Shown here in pieces: positions 7,601-16,473 of a DNA stretch of 24,486 bases; position 1 is the first letter of the stretch, and the number at the start of each line of letters is the position of its first letter. The translations under genes and the position numbers were made by a program. The notes beneath the pieces were generated by a model that was not told the origin of the DNA, made no database searches, and was given only the letters and a program-made list of their open reading frames with translations. This DNA is from a bacterium. GTDB taxonomy: Bacteria; Zhuqueibacterota; Zhuqueibacteria; Oceanimicrobiales; Oceanimicrobiaceae. The DNA is taken from NCBI GenBank assembly GCA_046757165.1, contig JBHHXT010000060.1, forward strand, positions 1 to 24,486, written 5' to 3'.

Positions 7601-8853
7601 TAGTTTAAGTTGGGATTGCTGTTGCGCTCGCTGGCCGTGATGGGCAGATACTGCCAGCTCCCTGCGGGGAGATGGAAAATCCCCCACCTTCTCTGGTCAG
7701 GAAGCCGGCGGCCCGTCAACAGGAGCTCTTTGTCGATTTCCTGTCGCAGCTCATCCTCAGACAATGTGCCGCTGGCGGGCACGAGATCTCCGATGCCGTG
7801 GCTTGCCCGGACAGCGTTGACCCTGGCCAATGCGGAGGCCGCATTGCTGGCGAGCTCTAACTCTGCAAGCATGAGCTCATTTTCTTGCCAGGACATGAAA
7901 TCGATGGGGTCATCCTGCCGTGAGTATTTGGTCTGGATGTGAAAAAGCTGTCCCTGGCCCGTCACATCCACAAACGGGATGCGCGCTTTTTCAGCCGGAT
8001 CGGCGAGCACATACTCGTTGAATCGTTCCGGAAGCGCAAACTGGGGGGCGCCGGTCCCGGCCAGCACAAACAGGATATTCTGCGATTGCGAGCTGTGCAG
8101 CGATTGAAAAGGGGCATCGCCTTGCTGCATCCCGTTCTGCGCAAACTGCTGCGCCTGGGAGGTTTCACCCTGGTAGAGATGAATTCTGGCGATGATCGAA
8201 TTGATCACTCGAGACCAATAGCTGCTATCGCCGGTCACCGCGCCATAGGTGTAGCTCCCCGGCACGTTGTCGAGCGCCGCTTGCAGACTGGCCAGGGCCT
8301 GGGCGTACATTTCGTTTGCCGGAATGAATGGCCCGGCGTCGATGACACCGCCGCCCTGGGTTTCAGTCAAACCAATGTAGGTGGCAAAGAAAAAACGCGC
8401 GATACCGGCATAGAGGTTCGCCACAAACAGGGTCTTGCGCTTTTCTTCCTGATCGGTCCAGGTGATTCTGTTGTTGACACGACTGATCAGGTCGTCGGCG
8501 AGGAACCGCAACTCGCCAACGTCCTCAAACATCGCTTCGACCTGATTGTTGGTCAACAGAATGGTGCCGCTTTCAATGTCTGCCAGGTCGGTGTTGATGG
8601 CGCCGGGGATCTTGAAATCAAAAAAGAATGCATCGCCGAGCGCTTCAGACAGGAGAACGATCTGGTCGTGAGCGGTGGCAAAGCGGACCTCCACGCCCAG
8701 TCGCAGAAAGTTTGCCTGGCTTTCAGTATTCACGTCATCGTCGGACACCTGGTCGATGACCGGATTGACTTCTTCGACCCAGTCGCTGCACGCGTTCCAA
8801 AACATCGACATCGAGACGATGCAACTGATGAGCAAAAACGTTCTGTTCTTCAT
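7600..8853 (-). CDS. SusD/RagB-like outer-membrane lipoprotein, 417 aa
   Basis: Lipobox WNAC. Motifs IARIHLYQG, ENELMLAE, A....N.VR..G, EIDKELLLTGRRLPDQRR and LPITASERNSNPNL. Follows a SusC-like gene. RBS GGAGG. Confidence 0.9.
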   Translation of the reverse strand: MKNRTFLLISCIVSMSMFWNACSDWVEEVNPVIDQVSDDDVNTESQANFLRLGVEVRFATAHDQIVLLSEALGDAFFFDFKIPGAINTDLADIESGTILLTNNQVEAMFEDVGELRFLADDLISRVNNRITWTDQEEKRKTLFVANLYAGIARFFFATYIGLTETQGGGVIDAGPFIPANEMYAQALASLQAALDNVPGSYTYGAVTGDSSYWSRVINSIIARIHLYQGETSQAQQFAQNGMQQGDAPFQSLHSSQSQNILFVLAGTGAPQFALPERFNEYVLADPAEKARIPFVDVTGQGQLFHIQTKYSRQDDPIDFMSWQENELMLAELELASNAASALARVNAVRASHGIGDLVPASGTLSEDELRQEIDKELLLTGRRLPDQRRWGIFHLPAGSWQYLPITASERNSNPNLN

Positions 8854-8871
8854 AGCAGTTTCCTCCGGGTT

Positions 8872-11844
8872 TTATAACGAGAACCGAAAAGCCAGGTTAT
8901 AGGCTCTGGGTTTTTGCAGGGTGAACCAGTCCTGACCTCGGGTTAGACCCCGGCCGCCTACCCGGTTGATCTCCGGTTCAGGGCCAGGATACTTCGTCCA
9001 GGTAATCAAATTGCTGCCTGAAAAGACCACGGTGAAATCCCGGAAGTACTTTCCCGTTCCGAACAATTTGGGCAGCAGGTCTCGAAACGTGTAGCTAATA
9101 CTGAACTCGCGCAATTTGAAGAAGTCAGCCTCTTCGATAAAAGCCGAGGTGTTGACAAAGCGCCAATCTTTGAAGACGAATTCTTCGGCCGCGGCCTGGT
9201 ATTCCGCTGTTCCCGGGGTCAGGGGTTGAATGTCATCGCGCACCGGGATGAACCTGCCCAGCTTGCCGGGGCCAGCGAGGCCGAGAAGATTTGCGAGCTC
9301 CTGAATGCGTTCGTTGTTGCCGAAAAGATTCCGAAAGAAGAAGGGCTGATTGTGCACGTGCAGACCTGTCGCCCAGTCTGTCAGGAGGTAGAGGTTGAGG
9401 TTCTTGAAGAGCGTCAAGTTCAATGCGAAAGAGCCGGTGTAATTCGGTATGGGATTGCCCAGGGCGACCGGCCCGTCCGATAACCTCGCCCCGATGTACC
9501 TGCCGTTTTCGTCGAACTTGGCGCCCAGCACCCGGGGCAGGTAAAACTCGTGCACGGGCAGCCCCTCCTTGATGACGTTCTTATTGAAGTCGTCGAAAAT
9601 GGGTTGGGCGCCCCCCAGGTCATCGACCTCATTGTCCTGGAAGTTGTTTATCAGTGTGGCACTCAAATCGACATTCCGCGTGCGCACCAGCGACGCCTGC
9701 AGCAAGGTCTCGAACCCCCAGCCGGTTTTTTCACCCACGTTGAACGGAACGGCCGAGGCGGTCAAGCCGGTCGAAGGCGCTTGCCGAAACTCGATGATCG
9801 AGTCCGTGGCTTTCTGCCGGTAATAGGTGAATTCGAGAGAGATTCGATTCAGGAACTCCGCATCGAATCCCAGCTCTATCTCCTTGACACGCTCCGGCTT
9901 GATATCCGGGTCCCCCGTGCTGCCAACCACGGCGCCGACGCCAGCGCCCCCGGCCTCGGCTCTCAGGAGCAACCGTTCGGCGTCCAACAGATCCGGCAAG
10001 ATGCCTGATTCCCCATAGGCAACGCGCAATTTCAGCAGATTGAAGAATGAAGGGAAGCCGTCGTATCTATCGAGACGAATGGCAAAACTGGCTTTGGGAT
10101 AAAAGATGCTGGGCGCAGCCCGGCCGATGACACTGGCGTAGTCACGCCGCAGACCGAGCGAAAGAAAGTACTGGTCCAGAAGGGCCAGGTTGGCTTCCCC
10201 AAAGATTCCCGCCGATCTCGTCTGTCTGGACTCTTCCACCAGCTCGGAGCTTTGCTCTGCGCCGGAATTGATATTTCTGATCAGATCGCTGGGAAATCCG
10301 AATCTGGCATTGGAGATCTGGTTGAACCGCCTATCGAACAGTTGCGTCCCCACCACAGTCGAAATGCTCAAATCGCTGGAAGGTGAAAAGGTGTATCTCG
10401 CATCGGCGGTATAGGTGTAGCTGGTCGAGCGACGATTGAACACGCCCTTGAAACCGGCATTTTGCGAAGGCGCAAAGAAGGTTTCACTCTCCGGAAAGAA
10501 CTGGTCCTGTCTGAAATCACTATCATCGATGCCGGCGGAAAATCTTCCCGAGAACCCCTTGATTGGCGCCCAGGTCGCGCTCACCGAGCCAATAAACCGA
10601 TTTGCAAGCGCCTCGGTTTTGATCGATTCCACCGCGGAGCGCGACGTCCGCAGGTAGGAGACCGGCCGGATCAGGGTGTTGGAGAGGGTACTGTTGGGAC
10701 TGTTGCCGTTTTGTGGCAAGGTAATATTGTTGTACGTGTATCCGGCATTGACCTGGAGCGTCAACTGGTCATTGGCAATGATGTCCAGATTGGCGCGGAT
10801 GTTCTTTCTGTCCATGGTATTGTTGAGGAAGAGGCCATCCTCAATACGGCTATCGAAAGAGGCAAAGTATCTGAAGTTGGCTGTCCCGCCGGACACGCTC
10901 AGCGTGTTTTGGATGATGTCTCCGGTATTTATGGCGTCATTTGCATCTGCCGCACTGAGATAGTCCTTTGTGCTATATTCATCCGAGGGCGTGTTCCAAC
11001 CGCGCACGACTTTGTAATTGATCCTCATCCCGCCCTTGTCAGGATCTGCTTGCCCCCTTTTGGTGGTGATCAAGACGACCCCATTGGCGCCATTTGTGCC
11101 GTAGGTTGCCGCGGCAGCCGGACCCTTGAGAATTTCAATGTTCTCGATGTCTTCAGGGTTCAAGTCTGCCAGCAAGCCGATGCCCTGGCCGCCGACATAA
11201 AAGCCCTCGATTTCTTCGTTTTCGATTCGCGTTCCGTCGACGTAAATGACCGGCTGCTCATTGCCGTTGAGCCCGCCGCCGGAGCGAATATTGAAGCGAA
11301 AGCCGGAGCCCACATTCCCCGAGCTCGTCTTGACCTGCACCCCCGCAACTTTGCCTCGAATGAGCTGCTGCGTCGACTGATAGGTGTTGGATTCGGTCAA
11401 ATCGTGCGCGGCGATCTTCGAGACCGCGACCTCAGCAACCGCTCGCGAGGATCTCGAAACAATGCCAGTCACCACCACTTCTTCTGTCTTGAAAACATCC
11501 TCGGTGAGCATGAAATCTACCGTAACCGTTTCACCCGCCACGACGGTCACCCGCCGGCTTTCCTTCCGGTAGCCGATGAACGATGACTCGATGGTGTAGG
11601 TGCCCTGTGGGACGCGGGAGATGGTGTACCGGCCATCGACGCCGCTTGCCCCCCCTAACGCTGTGCCTTTGATCACCACGTTGGTTCCGGGCAGCGGGAG
11701 CGTGGTGTCCTTTTCTTTCACCGTGCCTGTGATTGTCCCCGTTGTTTGTGCTAACCCCACGCTGGAGGACAGATGCATGCACCCCAACAGCAGGGCGATG
11801 CCTGTACTCCACAGGACGCGTTTGCGGTTCTTAACGAGTAACAT
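8872..11844 (-). CDS. SusC/RagA-like TonB-dependent receptor, ~990 aa
   Basis: Signal peptide, carboxypeptidase-like N-domain, EEVVVTG, plug motif LNPEDIENIEILKGPAAAATYGTNGANGVVLITTKRG, and beta-barrel ending LAFRFSL. RBS AAGGAGG favours ATG 11844 over TTG 11850. Confidence 0.95.
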   Translation of the reverse strand: MLLVKNRKRVLWSTGIALLLGCMHLSSSVGLAQTTGTITGTVKEKDTTLPLPGTNVVIKGTALGGASGVDGRYTISRVPQGTYTIESSFIGYRKESRRVTVVAGETVTVDFMLTEDVFKTEEVVVTGIVSRSSRAVAEVAVSKIAAHDLTESNTYQSTQQLIRGKVAGVQVKTSSGNVGSGFRFNIRSGGGLNGNEQPVIYVDGTRIENEEIEGFYVGGQGIGLLADLNPEDIENIEILKGPAAAATYGTNGANGVVLITTKRGQADPDKGGMRINYKVVRGWNTPSDEYSTKDYLSAADANDAINTGDIIQNTLSVSGGTANFRYFASFDSRIEDGLFLNNTMDRKNIRANLDIIANDQLTLQVNAGYTYNNITLPQNGNSPNSTLSNTLIRPVSYLRTSRSAVESIKTEALANRFIGSVSATWAPIKGFSGRFSAGIDDSDFRQDQFFPESETFFAPSQNAGFKGVFNRRSTSYTYTADARYTFSPSSDLSISTVVGTQLFDRRFNQISNARFGFPSDLIRNINSGAEQSSELVEESRQTRSAGIFGEANLALLDQYFLSLGLRRDYASVIGRAAPSIFYPKASFAIRLDRYDGFPSFFNLLKLRVAYGESGILPDLLDAERLLLRAEAGGAGVGAVVGSTGDPDIKPERVKEIELGFDAEFLNRISLEFTYYRQKATDSIIEFRQAPSTGLTASAVPFNVGEKTGWGFETLLQASLVRTRNVDLSATLINNFQDNEVDDLGGAQPIFDDFNKNVIKEGLPVHEFYLPRVLGAKFDENGRYIGARLSDGPVALGNPIPNYTGSFALNLTLFKNLNLYLLTDWATGLHVHNQPFFFRNLFGNNERIQELANLLGLAGPGKLGRFIPVRDDIQPLTPGTAEYQAAAEEFVFKDWRFVNTSAFIEEADFFKLREFSISYTFRDLLPKLFGTGKYFRDFTVVFSGSNLITWTKYPGPEPEINRVGGRGLTRGQDWFTLQKPRAYNLAFRFSL

Positions 11845-12140
11845 AGCCAACCTCCTTAAATGGTAATGAATTGAAGGTAGTTTCGGGCCTTGCCCAGACT
11901 GTAAGCGCGATGTGACACCAAACGGGGTGGCTCAACTCCAGAGGATACGCAACTCTGTCGTCGAGCTCTCCTCGCAGGGGTTTGAATAGATATGAACAGG
12001 AAATTGTTTTGCCTTGTGACCGGCGATTTGATCTTCTCTAAAAGAACAAATCGAAAAAAATTGTTATTCCAAAATGCCGGGAAAGGGTAAGGTCCCCGGG
12101 TTATTCTGGATCCAAAATACACGGTTGCCCGTTAGCTATT

Positions 12141-12309
12141 GGGGCTGTCCCAAAAGCCCCGAAATGTCATTCCGACCGAAGGGAGAAATCTGACTGTGCA
12201 CCAATCGTAGGGTTTTGGAAAACAATTGTTTATACCGTAGTCCATTGCCCTAAAAGATTTCTCGCATCCGCTCGAAATGACAGGCACAGGGATCTTTTTG
12301 GACAGCCCC
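12141..12309. mobile_element. 169-bp nested MITE-like element
   Basis: Outer TIR GGGGCTGTCCCAAAA / TTTTTGGACAGCCCC. Inner inverted pair TGTCATTCCGACCGAAGGGAGAAATCT (12165-12191) / AGATTTCTCGCATCCGCTCGAAATGACA (12255-12282). Confidence 0.7.
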
Positions 12310-12435
12310 ATGTCTCCCGGATTTGTCCGTAAAACGCGGTTGTCCCGCAAAGGCAGGATGTTGGATCGGGCTTGAATGAATTGTCTCCCCCAAAATGGGG
12401 GACATTCAGCCATTGCAACTGTTCAGCCCAAAACC

Positions 12436-12536
12436 GGAGTGCAAAAATCGGTTCCGCCAGGAATGTATTTTTGCAACATATCGGGCCACTGATACTGCAA
12501 AAATACGGTCACTGCGTTCACTGATTTTTGCACTCC
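12436..12536. repeat. 101-bp nested palindrome of TGCAAAAAT units
   Basis: Perfect 14-bp outer arms GGAGTGCAAAAATC/GATTTTTGCACTCC and perfect 11-bp inner arms GTATTTTTGCA/TGCAAAAATAC. Confidence 0.75.
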
Positions 12537-12815
12537 AATTACACTCAATCATACCTGCATAGTTGGCAGCAATTGGCCTTTGGCTATTGATTTTTTGGAA
12601 ATTTAGGTCGTGATTATCATCTCACCCGTTAGATGACTTGCAATAGCCATTCTAACTGATTAAATTCTTTTGGCTAAAAGCTCAATCACCCAAAGCCAAT
12701 CGCTCAGTTCTGGTTGGATTAAAGTGTTGCCGCTGAGTGTTGAATAAGAAAGCGGTATCGTCGTTTCTAAACACTTCATTGTCCCATCTCAATGCACGAA
12801 TCGAGGGGTGCTCAG

Positions 12816-13016
12816 ATGAAATCGATTGTCGCAGGTGTGGCATCTTTTGTCCTCCTTTTCCTTCTCCGCATAGATTTTTGGCTCTGGGATGATGCCCGCC
12901 TGGTGCTGGGTTTGCCCATCGGATTGTTTTACCACATCGTCTATTGTTTCATCGTATCCGGGGTGATGGTTTTCCTGAGCAGAAGGTTTTGGCCGGGTCA
13001 TCTGGAGGATGAATAG
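12816..13016 (+). CDS. Small membrane protein (DUF3311-like symporter partner), 66 aa
   Basis: RBS GAGGGG. Two hydrophobic helices around DFWLWDD..LVLGLP. Precedes a sodium:solute symporter. Confidence 0.75.
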   Translation: MKSIVAGVASFVLLFLLRIDFWLWDDARLVLGLPIGLFYHIVYCFIVSGVMVFLSRRFWPGHLEDE

Positions 13017-13077
13017 GAGTGAAGAAGGGTTGCGACAATGTGCGACGCACCTGTTCTGTTGTCGCATAAAGCGCGGC

Positions 13078-13257
13078 CCGCAAATGAATGGAACACGGAT
13101 TTAACGGATAGAACGGATTTACACGGATTTGGTCTTGGATGAAAGCCAAAAAAATCATGAGCCACGCACGTTACCTTCCACTGAACTTCGACACATTCCG
13201 TTAAGTCCAATCCGTTCCCATCCGTTAAATCCGTGCCATCCGCGTTCTATCTTTTTT
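13078..13257 (+). repeat. Palindromic element, copy 1 (inverted relative to 14969-15141)
   Basis: Internal arms ACACGGATTTAACGGATAGAACGGAT ... ATCCGTTCCCATCCGTTAAATCCGTG. The first 42 nt are identical to the reverse complement of copy 2. Confidence 0.9.
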
Positions 13258-13317
13258 GTAATACTTTAAGACGGCAAATCTTGCAGTGGAGTAATAGATC
13301 AGGAACAGGAGAGAACG

Positions 13318-14808
13318 ATGGTCACTATGGTGGTTTTGGGTTACCTGGGAATTGTGCTGCTCATCGGAATCTTGGGGCACAGGCTGTTTCGCGGCACCGG
13401 GGAAGATTATTTTGTCGCCAGCCGCACCATCGGTCCGTTTGTCTTGCTCATGACGCTTTTCGGGACCAACATGACGGCCTTCTCCATTCTGGGCGCCTCC
13501 GGTGAATCTTATCATGAAGGCATTGGCGTCTTTGCGCTCATGGGGTCGAGCTCAGCTCTGGTCATTCCTTTCCTGATGTATTTCCTCGGTACCCGCCTGT
13601 GGGCGCTGGGCAAGAAGTATGGCTACATCACACAAGTGCAGTTTTTTCGCGAGCGCTACAGCTCGGATGGGCTGGGTTTGCTGCTGTTCATCGTGCTGAC
13701 TTTGCTGATGATTCCCTACTTGTTGATCGGCGTCCTGGGGGGCGGGTTGGCTTTGCACGACATCACGGCCGGCCAAATCCCCGCCTGGCTGGGAAAGGTG
13801 CTGGTCTGCACCGTCATTTTCATCTACGTCAGCTACGGGGGCATGCGCAGTACCTCCTGGGTCAACACCTTCCAGACGCTGGTTTTCATGACTCTGGGCG
13901 CGACGGCTTTCTTCGTCATCACCAACAAATTTGGCGGCGTGGCAGGAGGGATGCAGCGAGTTGCAGAATCGCACCCCGATCTCCTGAGCCTGGGGGGACA
14001 TATCAAGCCGCTGAAGCTGCTGACCTACACCTGTTTGCCGCTGTCGCTCGGCATGTTTCCCCATGTCTTCATGCATTGGTTGACCGCAAAGCGGTTGCGG
14101 GCTTTCCGCCAGTCCATTGCTTTGTACCCATTGTGCATCGCCGTCGTCTGGGTGCCCAGCGTGGTCCTGGGGGTGCTGGGGACCATCGATTATCCGGACC
14201 TCGCCGGTCCGGCTGCCAACACCATTCTGGTCAAGCTGTTTGGTTTGTATGCCTCGGACACCCTGGGCGGGCTGCTGGCGGCTGGCGTCCTGGCGGCCAT
14301 CATGTCTTCGCTCGATTCGCAAGTCCTTGCTGTCGGCACCATGTTCAGCAAGGATATCATCTTCCATTACGGCTTTCACGACAAACTGAGTGAGAAGCAG
14401 CAAGTGGTCATCGGGCGCTCGTTCGTCCTGCTCGTCTTGCTGTGCATTTTTCTCATCTCGCAGGTGTTGAACAGAAGCATCTTCAAGATCGCTATTTGGT
14501 CGTTTACGGGCTTTGCCGCCTTGCTGCCCATCATTGTCGCGGCTCTGTTCTGGACGCGAAGCACAAAATGGGGCGCCATCGCCTCCGTCGCGACTACCGT
14601 CCTGCTCTGGCTGACCTTCTTCGTGCACGGATGGACCATTCCGGACTACACCATCGGCGACACGGGTGTGATGCCGGTGGCGTTGATGGTGGGGGTCTCT
14701 GCTGTCGTTTTGGTGGTGGTCTCCGTTTTGACCTCTCCTCCGGACGCGACAACGATTGCCAAGTTTTTTCCCAACCATGTGGCGCGGGTTGATTCAGCCA
14801 CGAATTGA
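13318..14808 (+). CDS. Sodium:solute symporter (SSS) family protein, 496 aa
   Basis: Motifs EDYFVASRTIG, YGGMRSTSWVNTFQ and LAAIMSSLDSQ; about 13 hydrophobic segments. RBS GGAG. Confidence 0.92.
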   Translation: MVTMVVLGYLGIVLLIGILGHRLFRGTGEDYFVASRTIGPFVLLMTLFGTNMTAFSILGASGESYHEGIGVFALMGSSSALVIPFLMYFLGTRLWALGKKYGYITQVQFFRERYSSDGLGLLLFIVLTLLMIPYLLIGVLGGGLALHDITAGQIPAWLGKVLVCTVIFIYVSYGGMRSTSWVNTFQTLVFMTLGATAFFVITNKFGGVAGGMQRVAESHPDLLSLGGHIKPLKLLTYTCLPLSLGMFPHVFMHWLTAKRLRAFRQSIALYPLCIAVVWVPSVVLGVLGTIDYPDLAGPAANTILVKLFGLYASDTLGGLLAAGVLAAIMSSLDSQVLAVGTMFSKDIIFHYGFHDKLSEKQQVVIGRSFVLLVLLCIFLISQVLNRSIFKIAIWSFTGFAALLPIIVAALFWTRSTKWGAIASVATTVLLWLTFFVHGWTIPDYTIGDTGVMPVALMVGVSAVVLVVVSVLTSPPDATTIAKFFPNHVARVDSATN

Positions 14809-14860
14809 CACGAATAAAAATGGAACGAGATGCGTGTTTTATCAGGGTAAATCCGTGGCT
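14796..14860. repeat. Short palindromic element overlapping the SSS stop codon
   Basis: AGCCACGAATTGACACGAATAAAA ... TTTTATCAGGGTAAATCCGTGGCT; same CACG(G/A)AT repeat style as the flanking long elements. Confidence 0.6.
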
Positions 14861-14968
14861 AAACATTCAAACTTGACAAGTTGAGCAAGGTAAAGTCCTA
14901 TCTTACCCACACAGTTCGACCTGGTGTCTATACTTATTGTATTATCAATAAAGTTTTGCAAAAAAGTG

Positions 14969-15141
14969 AAAAAAATAGAACGCGGATGACACGGATTTAA
15001 CGGATCGGAACGGATTGGACTTACCGGAAGGTGTCGAAGTTCAGTGGAAGGTAATTGGCTCCTGATTCTTTTGGCTTTCATCCAAACCAAATCCGTGTGA
15101 ATCCGTTCTATCCGTTAAATCCGTGTTCCATTCATTTGCGG
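14969..15141 (-). repeat. Palindromic element, copy 2
   Basis: Reverse complement aligns to 13078-13257 with roughly 8 substitutions and 2-3 small indels (manual alignment). Confidence 0.9.
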
Positions 15142-15196
15142 TTATCAAATCCCGTGTTTTATACGGGGCTTCGCCGCGCTGGGAGGAGACGAAAGG

Positions 15197-16429
15197 ATGT
15201 CCACGCAACCCAAATCCCGAGCCATATCCCGCATTGAAGAGAGTAGTGCGCCCCTGGCGTTCAAAGTGCGCGCCGGCGGGAAGCACGCCAGTCCGGGGAC
15301 GGTGCCGGACCGGATTGTCCTGCGGTCAAAAGTCCGGTCGCTGGCCGGGATGCAGAAGGAGGCGGTTGTCACGCAACTGCACCCTGCGGGCAGCACCTGG
15401 CGCATGGTCTGCGATGAAGGTCCGTACCTGAGCGGCACCGACCTGGCCCCGTTCCCGTTGGCCTTTTACACCGCCGGCATGCAGTTTGACTACCTGTCCC
15501 ACCTTCTAAACAACGCGCGAGCCCTTGGAATCGAAATGAGCGCTCTTGAATTGGTTCAGGACAATTTCTATAGCATGCACGGCTCCTTTCTCAAAGGGGA
15601 TGCAACCGGCGGTGCGCAGCCGGTGGCGCTTACCGTAAAGCTGAACTCCCGTGCTCCCGAGGCCACCCTCGCTGATCTGATCAAAATGTCAGAAGTCAGC
15701 TCGCCCGCCCATGCAGCCATGAGAACCCCGCTGGCCGACAGCTTTGCGCTTCACCTCAACGGTCATTCCGTACCCGTTCGTGGTGTTCCGCAGTCACCGG
15801 TCACCGGCATCGGGGATCCCCGCAACGACTTTGATGTTCACCCGGCACCAGGCGCCACTTTTATCGACGATGCCATCACAAAGGTCGAGACCGCGCAAAA
15901 ACGGCACGATGTCGAGGGAGGCGTGGCCAGCAGCCTGAAGTCGGTGCAAAACAGACAGCTACACGTGCACGGCGAAGCCAGGCTATCTGACCTTGGCCTG
16001 AAACGGACAACCGTGTGGCTGCGAAAACCCATCGGCAGCACCTTTGGGTTTGCCAGCGACGAGGACCGCAGCAGCGGCGGACACGACCAGGCGCCCTCGG
16101 GTCTGGCCTTGCTGTCGGCCGGGATTGCCTTCTGCTACCTGACGCAGATCTCGCGTTACGCCCGGATCGTGAAGCTGAAGCTGGACGCTGTCCGGATCGT
16201 GCAAGACACGAGTTTTTCTTTCAGCGGCAGCCGGGAAGACACCACCCTGGTGGCTGCAGCCCATCCCGTCGACACGCATGTTTTCATCGAGTCACGAGAA
16301 TCCGAGGAAACAGCACAGCGCGTGGTGCGCATGGGGGCGCAGACCTGTTTTTTACATGCTGCTTTGACCGGCTCGTTTCAGACCAGAATTCAGGGGCAGG
16401 TCAATGGCAGCGTGGTTGCGGTGAAATAG
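15197..16429 (+). CDS. Tandem-domain OsmC/Ohr-like protein, 410 aa
   Basis: Two OsmC-like repeats: CDEGPYLSGTDLAPFPLAFYTAG and SDEDRSSGGHDQAPSGLALLSAGIAFCY...QTCFLH. RBS GGAGG/AAGG. Confidence 0.75.
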   Translation: MSTQPKSRAISRIEESSAPLAFKVRAGGKHASPGTVPDRIVLRSKVRSLAGMQKEAVVTQLHPAGSTWRMVCDEGPYLSGTDLAPFPLAFYTAGMQFDYLSHLLNNARALGIEMSALELVQDNFYSMHGSFLKGDATGGAQPVALTVKLNSRAPEATLADLIKMSEVSSPAHAAMRTPLADSFALHLNGHSVPVRGVPQSPVTGIGDPRNDFDVHPAPGATFIDDAITKVETAQKRHDVEGGVASSLKSVQNRQLHVHGEARLSDLGLKRTTVWLRKPIGSTFGFASDEDRSSGGHDQAPSGLALLSAGIAFCYLTQISRYARIVKLKLDAVRIVQDTSFSFSGSREDTTLVAAAHPVDTHVFIESRESEETAQRVVRMGAQTCFLHAALTGSFQTRIQGQVNGSVVAVK

Positions 16430-16440
16430 ATGTGAAAGGA

Positions 16441-16473
16441 AGGTGCCACGCACTTCGCAAGTGCCTGGCACCT
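16441..16473. terminator. Strong hairpin after the OsmC-like gene (terminator or REP)
   Basis: AGGTGCCACGCACTT-CGC-AAGTGCCTGGCACCT, a 15-bp stem with one mismatch; T-rich sequence follows a few nt later. Confidence 0.5.

Noticed and set aside
4098..11586. Long plus-strand ORFs 4098..4997, 7939..8877 and 10462..11586
   Set aside because: Antisense shadows of the PaaK-like, SusD-like and SusC-like genes; no recognisable motifs.
11851..12140. Riboswitch (cobalamin, TPP or c-di-GMP) upstream of the TonB-dependent receptor
   Set aside because: No conserved core motifs recognised; an Rfam scan would be needed to exclude it fully.
12606..12624. Fur-box-like TGAGATGATAATCACGACC (minus strand)
   Set aside because: Only about 12/19 match, not palindromic, and ~760 bp from susC.
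13091..13250. CRISPR array interpretation of the ACGGAT repeats (also the 22263 hexamers)
   Set aside because: Units are 6-10 nt with no unique spacers, and there are no cas genes.
13552..14778. 408-aa antisense ORF within the invertible-looking segment
   Set aside because: Entirely antisense to the SSS gene, with a Q/H/D/R-rich composition typical of the reverse frame of a hydrophobic gene.
14873..14904. Promoter inside the inverted-repeat segment (TTGACA...TATCTT)
   Set aside because: The spacer is 20 nt, too long for sigma-70, so an invertible-promoter model is not supported.
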